Positions 9,105-18,917 of a stretch of DNA of 64,000 nt are shown here, in pieces. The stretch is taken from the NCBI GenBank assembly GCA_963729585.1, contig CAVSOJ010000017.1:4-64003 (forward strand), written 5' to 3'. Position 1 is the first letter of the stretch, and the number at the start of each line of letters is the position of its first letter. This DNA is from Nitrospirota bacterium. Its GTDB lineage: Bacteria > Nitrospirota > Nitrospiria > Nitrospirales > Nitrospiraceae. The position numbers and the translations under genes are program-made. The notes beneath the pieces are model-generated. The model saw nothing but the letters and a program-made list of their open reading frames with translations. It did no database searches and was not told where the DNA came from.

Positions 9105-9270
9105 CGCGGACCTGGACACGCGCGTGGCAGAGCTGCTTCGGAGGTTGGTGCTGGTGGTACCGGAAGCATGTGCCAGGAGATGTGACACTCCAGGAATTGG
9201 GAACGAGAGCGCGAGCATCCAGGGCAGGGCTGTGGGCTGATCCGTATCCCGTCCTGGGAATGGCGGAAGA
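9105..9270 (+). pseudogene. thermonuclease (SNase) C-terminal fragment, copy 2
   Basis: Directly after the nuclease stop: ADLDTRVAELLRR / GGWCWWYRKHVPGDVTLQELGTRARASRAGLWADPYPV / WEWRK. Spread over three frames. Confidence 0.6.
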
Positions 9271-9365
9271 GGAAAGAGCGTGAGCAGGCAGACATTATTT
9301 CATGGTGTTGCCGCGCTTGGGTTCAGCCTGCGGAGTTTTCAGCGGGACCCGAATCGTTGGCCTAA

Positions 9366-9521
9366 ATAAGTCAGGTATCGGGTGCCCTCCACCAGCTTTA
9401 TTTTGACAGCCTAGCGTTTTGATCGCCTCCCTCCTACAAGACGCCTCCCTGCGAGGCTTTCATGCCATTCTCGATTCGCCCCCACCGTCGATTTTCCCGT
9501 TCAGTGCTCCGTGACCTCTAA
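9366..9521 (+). repeat. shared junction repeat, copy B (recombinase-tail remnant + PilZ 5' remnant)
   Basis: See copy A. The minus strand of 9300..9420 reads NKAGGGHPIPDLFRPTIRVPL, resembling the recombinase tail NKSGGGQPLHPSLITAFSFKI at 841..900 (shared TGGTGGAGGGCA). Confidence 0.5.
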
Positions 9522-10867
9522 CGCAGTTCTCTTCCTCAAGCTGCTGCTGGCCCACGGGAGAAAGTGCTGGTGTGGCCCATTCTGGTGCTGCAACACGAAA
9601 TAAATCGTCTGGCTTCGCAGCCGTGGTGAGAAGCGCAGTGGTCAGGATTGGCCACCGCTTCATGAGGGCAGGCAATCCCACCGTCCAGGAACGATTGAGT
9701 TGCAGGCGATCACAGAGCCCCCCCAATGCCGCCATGCCGAGCAGCGAGAGCAGCAAGAAGAGGATAGCACGGCCCGGGGTTACCAGCTGGGTTCGCGTCA
9801 CGAGGAGGGAAAAAATCTGGAAATAGATGACAAATTGGAGCATAAATAATACGAGGGAGTTTTTCCCGATTTTGCTCCAGGATTCGGAGGTATCGGAGGT
9901 GTCCGAGATATCTCTCGTTGTGCGTCTCACCCATTTTCCAGATTGTGTACCCGATCAGTAGCAAGGCCGCGGATCCAAACACAAGAAGGTACCAGGGGCT
10001 TGGGGGGTACTTGTTGAAGGGCGATACAAGGTCCCGAATGCGGGAGTACATTTCCACCACACCGGCGATAGGGTGTACTGCAACAAAGAGTCGTAATGCA
10101 CCATACATCAGGACGGCAACGCACAGGACGATCCCTGAACGTCTGGCCAGCTTTTCCCCGGCGAGAGCTAGCGTCTCCCCATCAAATCTGCTGAGCCATT
10201 CGCCTATCGATGTCCCACCTAAATACACGGCAAACCAGGGGAGAAGTGGAAACCAAAAGCTGACGGCTCCCGTTTCATTAGGGCCAAAGAAAATGCCTTT
10301 CAAAAGCAGCAGCACACCATTGTCGGGATACCATAATGTCCACCCTGCCCAACTGATTAGATACAGCCCAATACCCACCTGTACACGCGTCGCAGCCTTG
10401 GCGTATGGGAGCACAAGGAGACTACCAATCATGCAGAAGGCGATCGTATCGGTCACATATCCCCTGGACAATGCGGTCGCATATTGTCTGGGCAATGCCG
10501 TCAGGAAATCCTGCTGCGGCAAATACATATTGGTGGCTGCGATGATGCAGTGTCCTACAGTCGCCACAAACAAGGCGCGGTCGAACAGGCGAAAGCGAAA
10601 CTGCGGGCCATCTTTATGCGGTACACTGCAGAGGTACCCAAGGACCATACTGCTGACAAATATAAACATAGGAGTGGCCATTTTGGTAAATTCAAGCAAG
10701 CCGAGGAGCAACGTATTTGTCTGAGCGTGCGGATCAAGCGAATACGTATCAAGGAAGTGGTTGAAACAGACGAATAACAGGGCAATCCCGCGTGCCACAT
10801 CCAGAGCGACGATGCGCCCTGTTGAGTGCGGTGTAGCCCCACAACCTTGGATGTTCGCCTGTGCCAT
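9460..10867 (-). CDS. acyltransferase family 3 / OpgC-like membrane protein (frameshifted as assembled)
   Basis: RIVALDVARGIALLFVCFNHF start and about 10 TM segments. The C-terminal part (SWSKIGKNSLVLFMLQFVIYF...) continues in ORF 9460..9930. The frame change sits at the T-run 9934..9937. Confidence 0.75.
9462..9521 (+). pseudogene. PilZ gene 5' remnant
   Basis: MPFSIRPHRRFSRSVLRDL* is homologous at DNA level to the first 20 codons of the PilZ gene at 2497. Confidence 0.45.
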
Positions 10868-11120
10868 TAGATACTACGCTCGACTACCGCCCAGATGTCG
10901 ACGGAACCGACAATTTATTGACTCAGGCTGTATGCCTGGGAAACGGGCTCCTGTGCAAGAGGCTTCTGCAAGGAGTATGTAGGTTCCCATGGAGGTGACT
11001 TCTTTTCCGAAGGCGAGGTCAGCGACGGCTTGTTTGTCCCATCCCGAGGCGCGATCGCTGGAAACTCCCCTTAGCCTTGGCTCAGAATTGGAGGGCCGGC
11101 ATTGGGGTCCCATGGAACAT

Positions 11121-11629
11121 TCATAGTGGACCAAATTTGCCCGGGCAGGTCAGTTCGCCGATCTTCTGGATCAGATGATTACATGACTCTCTAATGCGTC
11201 CAAAGCAGGCCTTGAAATCTTCTTGCGTGCCGCAATAGGGATCGTCAATTTCAATGGAACCATTCCGGCAAAATTGACCAAGAAGAAACACTTTGTGGCG
11301 ATCCTGAGCGTAAAGTTTCGATAGCCTGTCCTTCTGGGCTACCTCCATGACCAAAACGAGATCAGATTCTTTAATCAAATCCTGGGAAAGGGGCGTCGTG
11401 GAATGGCATTGCAATGAGAGCCCGTGTTGATGGGCAATTTCCTTAGCCAACGCATGAGCCGGCTTTCCCGGGTGCGTTTCCATACCTGCAGATTTGACCT
11501 TCATGACGGACCCATTCTTGCTGGCCTGCTCTACAAAGTAGGCTGCAGCAAGTGCGCTTCGAATGATATTCCCCTACAAACGAAGAGGATACTGTGAATC
11601 GGCTGCGGCATCGCTCTTGGTCGTTTCAT
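11121..11629 (-). CDS. low-molecular-weight protein tyrosine phosphatase (frameshifted as assembled)
   Basis: ORF 11121..11504 has the LMW-PTP body (DLVLVMEVAQKD, IDDPY). The upstream ORF ends ILFVCRGISFE*. Adding one A at 11569/11570 restores the C-X5-R loop CRGNIIRS and joins the two ORFs. Confidence 0.75.
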
Positions 11630-12356
11630 CCGCTCAAAAGCTAGGTGCACAAATTTTATGCGTGGATAGACATGCGTGGTCGCCTCTTTTAGCACGTGCC
11701 GATACCAACCCAGGTCGTCTATCAGTCCTAGCATCTTTGCCTCCTCATGCATTTCCTCTCAGTAGAGTCTTCACGAGAGTTCCTATTTCGTATCGCGCAG
11801 GGCCGAAATCATACAAGCTCCCGCTCCTTGGACTGAAGACTTCTGAGCCGGCCGTGCTGGCCAATTCCGACTGTGCATTCTCCGGGATCGACCCATATTC
11901 AAGTTTGATAGAGATGGCGAAGGAGCATGGGAAATAACAAGCATGAGCATAGTGACGAAGTGTTATCAGCTTGTAGCGCGGGCATTACAAATATGTAAAT
12001 TATCCTGACTGTCGTTTCACGATATAACGCCATCTGCTCAAGAAGCCTCTCATCGAACGAGATCGCTAGAGGATTCTTATTTGGACAAGCCGGTTTGGCT
12101 ATTCACAACGCTGAAGGTCTACGGTGTGGTTTGTTGGAGAGCGAAGGTCAGGTCCTGAGTGAGGGTTTCCGGCTGACCAAAGGAGGGGAAAGATGGCACG
12201 GACGCGCTCTATGCTGAAAGAGGCCATTGGGCATCGGCGGACCGTAGAGATTGAAGCGGGTCGCAGCAGCTCGGTTGAAGACGCTGTCGCAAGCGCGGAA
12301 TCACAGAGCACATGTAGGATTCGGTGGAAGAAAGAGTACGAGGGACCCCTGGTGGA

Positions 12357-12629
12357 TTAAGCTAAGCGGTCAAAGGCCTCGAGCAACAGCACGCCCGATT
12401 CAAAAAGCTCGTTGCGGATCTGTCCCTGGACAATGCCGGCGGATGTGTCGTGCTGTTTAACCCATGAAACCGATGCTACTTGTTCCCACTTGAGTGAAGT
12501 AAGCTCTTCCTGCCAATCTGCAAAATGGAAGAGGGGAGACGCAACGCTCTCCAATCCCAGTCCCCCCTCCGTCATGGCGGCAAAGAGACTAATACAGGGA
12601 GGGGCAATCATAAATGCAACTGCGACCAT
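12357..12629 (-). CDS. hypothetical small protein
   Basis: 90-aa ORF directly downstream of and co-directional with the FN3 gene. Hydrophobic N-terminus. No family recognised. Confidence 0.3.
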   Translation of the reverse strand: MVAVAFMIAPPCISLFAAMTEGGLGLESVASPLFHFADWQEELTSLKWEQVASVSWVKQHDTSAGIVQGQIRNELFESGVLLLEAFDRLA

Positions 12630-12689
12630 GGTCCATAAGAATGGCCTCGAACCTTCTTCACCGCCTTGCTCCCCGAATCACATTGAGGC

Positions 12690-14234
12690 TCACGGACTCA
12701 GAGACGCTGGCCTGAAACAGAACTGTCGATCGGTGGGCTTGCTCGCCATGGCCCACAAAGAAGCAATGCCTTGAAGTTCAGCACGGATTCGAAGACAGGC
12801 CCATTCGGACTTAATGGGGGAATTGTAGGTGAAGGTCGTCACCCCTGGAGGCACGATCGACGATAGTGTCCAAATTGGTTGGATCGACGTGGAGGCTTCA
12901 ATACGATGGGACGCCGAAACCATACTGGGATCGGTCCAGCGAAGTTCTATGCCATTCTGAATGGGCACCTTTTGTACGGCCGTTGGTTCAGCGATCGAAT
13001 TGTAGGATATCGCTCCTGGAATAGCGCTCTGGCCAATGGGGAAGGTAGGCGACGGTTGGTTGTTACTTCCGACCGAGCTAGACGCACCCATGGATTCGGA
13101 TGTTTGTCCGCTCGCTGCTGCGTTGCTCGCCGTAGCGCCCCTCATGGGGGAGCTACTCGCTGTCGATGCATTCGCCGTGGCGCTGATGGCCGTTGGAGCA
13201 TAGCAAAACTGACGATCGTTCAGACCTCCTGCCATCGCCCAAAGAGAGACAGCCGATCCAACTTCAGTTCTGATCCGCGTACAGACCCAGGATGCATCGA
13301 TAGGAAGGTTGTAGGTATACGTGGTGGTGCTGGTCGGGAGAACGGCCAGGCTCGACCATCCCGTACTCGTTGAACTGCTTATTTCAATACGGTGCGAGGC
13401 GGAGACGGGAGCTCTGGGGTCTTTCCAGGTCAATTGAAACCCCGCCTGCCTGGGAGTAAGCACAACCGATTGTGGCTCAAAGATGATTGTGGACGCCACA
13501 ATCGGCTGTGTGAGCATGGGAACTCGCGCGGGGGTAAAACAGTATTGCCTGTCAGATGGTCCACTAGCCTCTGCCCAATTAGAAACGATCGGTCCGCTTT
13601 CTCCTCTCACTCGGTAGCAGGCCCAATCCGCCCCTATAGGTTGATAAGAGTTGAAGGTGGCGTTATCGGGCGGAAGAACCGCTGCCGCTGTCCAGTTGGG
13701 TTGAAGGGAACTGGATACTTCTATGCGGTGGGCGACAGGGGAGCGGTTGGCGTCGGTCCACGCAAGTTGAAAACTTGCCTGGCTCACTGCCAAGTGGACG
13801 GAGGTTGGTTCGGACAAGCTTGGCGGAGGTATGGGGTTTACCAATCCGGTCAGCTCAAACTGCATGACTTGCGAGGGTGCACTCTCAGTTCCATTGCCGT
13901 TATATGCCGTGACCGCAACATACCATTGTCCATTGGCCGCCACTTTGGCATCCGAGCACCTGACGTTCGTCTGACGACCCACGTCCCTGACCTGATTGAG
14001 CTGACTGGCAATTTGGCCGAAGTAGGCTCGGTATCCTCCTAGATTGGAATCAGTGTTGGCATTCCACGTGAGCTGACAGTCCTGATACAGCACCGGACCG
14101 GCGGCATGAAGCTTACTCGCCAATCCTAAAGGGACGACAACTATGGCAAAGAGAACGATGCGAAGCAGTACGGCGACAACCATAAAAAATAATCGCTTCT
14201 GGAACAACCCTTCGGCAGCTCTTGATGGGCCCAA
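12690..14234 (-). CDS. membrane-anchored protein with one FN3-like domain plus three ~95-aa repeats
   Basis: N-terminal anchor and LTWNANTDSNLGGYRAYFG (FN3-like). Three repeats share the frame ..F/IxLxWxD....SHRIE.S.S....W......P....Y.....W.C.R.R......S.WA.A.....DRQxCxxP. A Ser/Ala-rich linker precedes repeat 3. Confidence 0.8.
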   Translation of the reverse strand: MGPSRAAEGLFQKRLFFMVVAVLLRIVLFAIVVVPLGLASKLHAAGPVLYQDCQLTWNANTDSNLGGYRAYFGQIASQLNQVRDVGRQTNVRCSDAKVAANGQWYVAVTAYNGNGTESAPSQVMQFELTGLVNPIPPPSLSEPTSVHLAVSQASFQLAWTDANRSPVAHRIEVSSSLQPNWTAAAVLPPDNATFNSYQPIGADWACYRVRGESGPIVSNWAEASGPSDRQYCFTPARVPMLTQPIVASTIIFEPQSVVLTPRQAGFQLTWKDPRAPVSASHRIEISSSTSTGWSSLAVLPTSTTTYTYNLPIDASWVCTRIRTEVGSAVSLWAMAGGLNDRQFCYAPTAISATANASTASSSPMRGATASNAAASGQTSESMGASSSVGSNNQPSPTFPIGQSAIPGAISYNSIAEPTAVQKVPIQNGIELRWTDPSMVSASHRIEASTSIQPIWTLSSIVPPGVTTFTYNSPIKSEWACLRIRAELQGIASLWAMASKPTDRQFCFRPASLSP

Positions 14235-15044
14235 TCACGCGCAGTAATATAACGCGAATCCCACCACGGTTGATTATGGCCGATCTCAAAAGCATGTAAA
14301 CAAATTGTCAAATGTGATGCAGAGGCAGAGATGAAGGGATGAGCGATTTTTACTCTGTGAGTGCTGGCTAGCGCCGGCTATTCTATCGAAATACCCTGTT
14401 CCACTAGCTGAGGGTAGAGCGGCAACGTAGAGCGTATTTTAGTTTGTCGGTCTGTGTACTGTTGACTGGGTCCAGTCCGAGATCTTCAGGCAACTTCCAA
14501 TTCAGTTCTGCTCCAATCACAGAAAGGCCCTTCATGGAAATCGTACATAAACTGGAGGTCAGATAGTTTAGGTTGCCAAAGCAACCCGTTGAATTTCAAA
14601 GCGGAGGAGCGATGCCAACAACCGTTGGATCGTCTGCCCTTCGCCAGATCAAGCTCGCTCGTGCCGCGCGGTTCGTCTCGGCATCAGGCGCGTATCAGAC
14701 TGGCCGAGAGGCGAGGGGCCTGTACCTTGACCCTCATGGACCAACCCTCGCAGAATTATCGCCCTTTAAATAATTGCAAGAGAGCGAATGCAATAGCGGA
14801 AGGCCATTCTCGCCGCATCTTTCTCCTCACCCAACTCGTCCTGCGTAATTCACAGCTAGTCGACTCCTTCATTCTAAGGTAGAGACCTGACATTGTGTTA
14901 GGGGCAAGTGAGTGAGATAATGAACATGTTTTCACCGACTTTGCTTGGGCCATAGTTTCTGCTTTTCCCGGATGGATCCCCATCGGGTGTTCCCTGCGGA
15001 GAAAGGAGAACCTCCCTCGATGTACCTATCAGTCTTTATCCTCC

Positions 15045-15365
15045 TTGCTTCTTTCTGCCATGTCAGGTTGTAGCCGAGGGCCAACGGTTGTACTCGATCC
15101 CGCCTCGCACGATCTCGGCCAAGACCACTGGGCAATTGCGTCTTATTACAGTCGCGAGGCGGCGTTATCGCGCCAGCAGGCCGAGGCATTGGCCAATCGG
15201 GTGGTGGTCTATGAACGGCTCTTTGGGCGGGAGTCTGACTGGGTCAGCGGCACACGTCTTTTAATGCAGTATTACGAAGAAGCCGCGCACGAGCAGGACC
15301 GGCTTGCCGATCTGCACCTGGAACTGGGCAGGGGTGGGTCATCTACTCCCGCTCACACAATCTAG
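15045..15365 (+). CDS. hypothetical lipoprotein (start uncertain)
   Basis: Lipobox-like LSAMSGC right after a TTG start. ATG 15020 in the -1 frame would give a proper signal peptide if the T-run 15035..15037 carries one extra base. Confidence 0.5.
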   Translation: MLLSAMSGCSRGPTVVLDPASHDLGQDHWAIASYYSREAALSRQQAEALANRVVVYERLFGRESDWVSGTRLLMQYYEEAAHEQDRLADLHLELGRGGSSTPAHTI

Positions 15366-15411
15366 AGTTCACTAACCGCCACGCTTGCTGTGGCCGTATC
15401 GGGAGGAATAT

Positions 15412-16281
15412 ATGACACGCCCCATCACGACGAGCCTGTTGATCGGCTTCCTTCTGCTGGCGACGGCGTGCGGCACCACTGTCCAACCCGGCCAACGGGG
15501 GTTGTTCTGGCATCCGTTCTCCGAAGGGCTTTCCACCCAACCGCTGAAGGACGGGTATTACTGGCGGGCGCCTTGGAATGACGTCTACCTGTACGATATT
15601 CGGTGGCAGAGCTTCACCGAAGACATTGATGCCTTGAGTGCGGATGACCTGCAGGTACTTATCAAGGCGGCCATCATCCTTCGGCCCATTCCGGAGGAGC
15701 TGTACTTCCTGAACCAAGAAGTGGGCCCCGACTACTATCCCCGGATAGTCAAACCCCAGTTTATGGCCACGGTGCGCAGTGTGGTCTCCGGCTATACGAT
15801 GGTGACGGTGCCGGAAATGAGCGCGGAGATTGCGAGCAAAGTCCAGGCGGTGGTGGTCGAAAAACTCAAAGGCCGGCACTTGGAAATCCAGAGCGTGGCC
15901 TTGGCCGATGTCGATTTCCCGCCCATTGTCTTGCGGGCGATTGAACAGAAACAGGCGAAGGAACAGGAAAAGGAGCAAAAAGAATTCGAACTGACCATCG
16001 CGTCCAAGGATGCCGAGATTGCCCGCACACGGGCGAAAGGCGAGGGCGATGCGATCCGAATTCGGGCCGATGGCGAGGCCGAAGGGGCACGGATCAGGGC
16101 CCTCGGCCAGGCCAAGGCGCAGGAAACCATCACCAAGACCCTGACCCCCGCCTATCTGCAATATAAATTGTATGACAGTCCGAATTCCAAAGTGATCCTC
16201 TTGCCTGACCAATTGAAGGCCCCGATCCTCATTAATCCGGGGGAGTCACCCAGCGCCGAACATCGAACCCCCACTCCCTAA
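15412..16281 (+). CDS. SPFH/band-7 (prohibitin-like) lipoprotein
   Basis: GGAGG 5 nt before ATG 15412. Lipobox LLLATAC. SPFH core followed by a KEQEKEQKE coiled coil. Confidence 0.9.
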   Translation: MTRPITTSLLIGFLLLATACGTTVQPGQRGLFWHPFSEGLSTQPLKDGYYWRAPWNDVYLYDIRWQSFTEDIDALSADDLQVLIKAAIILRPIPEELYFLNQEVGPDYYPRIVKPQFMATVRSVVSGYTMVTVPEMSAEIASKVQAVVVEKLKGRHLEIQSVALADVDFPPIVLRAIEQKQAKEQEKEQKEFELTIASKDAEIARTRAKGEGDAIRIRADGEAEGARIRALGQAKAQETITKTLTPAYLQYKLYDSPNSKVILLPDQLKAPILINPGESPSAEHRTPTP

Positions 16282-16472
16282 GAGCGAAAAGTATGGAATA
16301 ATCCCTCTCTTTTGAGCACGAAGGGCGAAGTACTCAACCCGGAATAGATCTGCAATGGCCCGGTCACGATCTGGTTGGCCTGTGATGATGAATGGCCTCA
16401 TCGCGGACATTACGATGATGTGGTGTGCGGGTAAAAACCTTCAGCATTCCATGCAGGAATAGAACGAGCCCC

Positions 16473-17636
16473 ATGCAGCGAGCATTGGTCTGTCTCTTAT
16501 TGTTGCTTTCCCTATCCGGCTGCGGGGTGGTTCTTCCCTACATGTACGATGCAGGAAAACTTGAGGATCATTTGGCCGTGTCGACGCCGAAAGAGCAGGT
16601 ATTGAAGAATTTTGGCAAACCGGACCGTGTGGTTCAGGATGATGGACAGCAAGCCATTTGGGAGTACCGGGTCTATCCAAAGGGCGAGTGGGTTGGGTAC
16701 CTTCTCCACTGCCCATTCTTTCCTAACTGCTATTTCCCCGGAGAAGCTGCCAAACCCTATTACTTGGTTCTGCAAGAGAATCAGCTGTGCATGTGGGGCA
16801 CCCCTGATGTCGTCCGTACTTTGGCGTGGAAGGTCTGTGGGAGGGCTATAAGGCCGGAGGGATCCCGGTCGATAAAAGCTCTCATGAGGAAGGGATTGCA
16901 GATTTCCGTGATTCCTGTGTTCATGCCTCCAACCATCTCTCCACTACCACAACGGCTGGCGGTGTTGCCCGTCGCTGGAACGACAGATGACCGGGTCATT
17001 TCATGGCTCGATCTCACGCTGAACTTTTTGCGCACACGACATCGAGAGTTGGTGCTCGTGGAACGGGAAGATCTGCGAACAGTTCTTGATGAGGTTGGCA
17101 TTCAATACACCGGGCGAGTTGATGAGGATACGACGATTCGCGTGGGCAAGCTCGTCGGTGCGGATAGTCTGTTGACATATCGTCTTGCCATATCGGGCAC
17201 TGGCGAGCCGATGTCCGCGTCCTTCGAACTTCGCCTTCTTAAGGTGGAAAGCGGTATCACGGTTTTTCGCCAGATCGCCTCGTCGACAAACAGTCCCTCT
17301 TCGACAGAGTTAGCTGCGGGGCGGGTATATGAGTCGTACCCCATTGCTCGTCGTCTCGTCGTCGAAGAGGCTGCAGCATATGGGCTAGCGGCCCTGGCGG
17401 CTTCGTTTGGCGACAATCCTCTGGGTGTGGTCGCTGACTACAGCTGGCCCGGCCAGGGAGTGAAGCTTCTCGGTCTTCTCCAAGGGGGCCCGGCCTTCCT
17501 GGCAGGAATCAAACCAGGTGACCAGATTCTAGCGTTGAATGGTCAGCCATTTGAAAATTGGACGGATCCGATATCACTCCCTCTTCGTGTGACCGTTGAG
17601 CGGGATGGGGAGAGACTGGAGATAACCGTAAGATAA
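16473..17636 (+). CDS. lipoprotein with BamE/SmpA-like, CsgG/LpoB-like and C-terminal PDZ domains
   Basis: Lipobox LSLSGC. KEQVLKNFGKPDRV..WEY (SmpA_OmlA-like). LAVLPVAG..LVLVEREDLRTVLDE..GADSLLTYRL (CsgG/LpoB-like). GLLQGGPAFLAGIKPGDQILALNG (PDZ). Confidence 0.8.
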   Translation: MQRALVCLLLLLSLSGCGVVLPYMYDAGKLEDHLAVSTPKEQVLKNFGKPDRVVQDDGQQAIWEYRVYPKGEWVGYLLHCPFFPNCYFPGEAAKPYYLVLQENQLCMWGTPDVVRTLAWKVCGRAIRPEGSRSIKALMRKGLQISVIPVFMPPTISPLPQRLAVLPVAGTTDDRVISWLDLTLNFLRTRHRELVLVEREDLRTVLDEVGIQYTGRVDEDTTIRVGKLVGADSLLTYRLAISGTGEPMSASFELRLLKVESGITVFRQIASSTNSPSSTELAAGRVYESYPIARRLVVEEAAAYGLAALAASFGDNPLGVVADYSWPGQGVKLLGLLQGGPAFLAGIKPGDQILALNGQPFENWTDPISLPLRVTVERDGERLEITVR

Positions 17637-17991
17637 TAAATCATGGATGACCTCGAATAATTCACGACCTAAGCCGGAGTCCCCTTTTTTCTTCTAGGGG
17701 AAATCCTCAGTAACAGGTGTTTGTGATTCAGGCAAATTCTGCTACACAACTCTGGAAAATTGCATGTCGGTCGACTGGAAGGCAGTAGCGGGTTTTGGCT
17801 CTGGCACGAGTACTTCCGTTTGATCCTTATCCTACCTTTCTATCTTTTGAATCCCCCCGTTAGAGGTACCACGTTCGGGTCTTTCGAAAACGGCACAGGG
17901 AGGGTAAAGTTTTCGTAGAAGACGATGTTATGTCGTGAGCAACTCAGCAACCCAAGTTGCCACCGGCGGCGAGTTTGACTGACACACGTCA

Positions 17992-18360
17992 ATGGGAGTT
18001 CACGTCGTGGATTATCAGCAGGAGCAGGCCATAGAAGCTCGGTATCGTGGACGCCTTCCGCTCCAGTGTTCTATCGTCTTTGCGGACGGCACACAGACAG
18101 GCGAAGGACGGGTTCGCGACGTGTCGGTGCCTGGCTGTTTAGTGGAAAGTCTCGTACCGCTCAAAATAGGAGCCTATCTCCAACTGAGACTCTTTCTTCC
18201 TGATCATCAGCCGCCTCTCTTTGTCTCGTTGGCGGCCGTACGCTGGGTCCAGGGACTCCGTTTCGGACTCGAGTTTGTCAGGATGGAAGAGAAGGCGTGC
18301 ATTCGCCTCAATCGCTTCGTTGCTCTGCAGGGTGACTTTTGGGCGCGAGTTCACGACTAG
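17992..18360 (+). CDS. PilZ domain protein
   Basis: RYRGRLPLQCSIVF..GEGRVRDVSVPGCLVES..LRLFLP..AAVRWVQGLRFGLEF matches the RxxxR and D/NxSxxG PilZ motifs. Confidence 0.8.
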   Translation: MGVHVVDYQQEQAIEARYRGRLPLQCSIVFADGTQTGEGRVRDVSVPGCLVESLVPLKIGAYLQLRLFLPDHQPPLFVSLAAVRWVQGLRFGLEFVRMEEKACIRLNRFVALQGDFWARVHD

Positions 18361-18587
18361 CTCAGTTCGCCGTCCTATTTCCGGCCAATATTCCAGATTT
18401 CTCTAACTCTTGGCTCTTGTCTGGCCCGGGGAGTACCAGCAGGTCCGAGAAGCGTCGCGATTACGGCATCCTAACCGTGTGTGTCGTGGCTAGGCTACCA
18501 AGAGCAACCCTTACGTTTCAAAGTGGAGAAGAAGTAGCAACGACTGTTGGACCTTCGTGGCGGGTGCGGTTCGCATCTTATCTTATC

Positions 18588-18917
18588 TCATTTCCGATAG
18601 ATCACTTTGACGCAGGCGAGAAAGTTGATGAGCTCGGCGGTATGTCGTCGGATCGCGTCTCGGTCTTCTCGTGCCGCGGCCTCCTCCAAGGCGGCTCCCA
18701 TCACGCTGATGGCGTCGAACCCATATCCCCCTCCGTCCCCTTTCATGCGATGACCGATGATATGAATTTGCGCCAGATTATTCTGTTGCAACGCGGTTTC
18801 GAGTGTCTGCACGTCACGTCGACGATTCTCTAGAAATCCGGGAACGATATCTTCAAGGCCTGGGTCGATATGCACGGTAAGGGCGTTCACTTCGTTCGTG
18901 TTTGGTCCCATTGTCAT
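18588..18917 (-). CDS. Hpt phosphotransfer protein
   Basis: [14 protein letters not shown] Hpt signature. The start overlaps the kinase stop (ATGA). Confidence 0.85.
   Translation of the reverse strand: MTMGPNTNEVNALTVHIDPGLEDIVPGFLENRRRDVQTLETALQQNNLAQIHIIGHRMKGDGGGYGFDAISVMGAALEEAAAREDRDAIRRHTAELINFLACVKVIYRK

Noticed and set aside
3977-9270. An integron-like cassette array as the explanation for intact genes between SNase fragments.
   Set aside because: There is no IntI-type tyrosine recombinase and no attC-like imperfect inverted repeats after the inserted genes. The flanks are gene fragments, not recombination sites.
15343-16212. Long antisense ORFs opposite well-supported genes. Examples are 15343..16212(-), 35571..36935(-) at 454 aa, 37238..38122(-), 4428..5135(-), 24136..24897(-), 9918..10724(+) and 13392..14042(+).
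   Set aside because: They overlap genes with clear family motifs. They have Arg/Gly/Pro-rich, low-information composition typical of shadow frames in GC-rich DNA, and no motifs of their own.
17803-17818. TGGCACGAGTACTTCC as a sigma-54 promoter upstream of the PilZ gene.
   Set aside because: The -12 element is CTTCC rather than TTGC and the spacing is off by one. It is also 175 nt from the start codon.
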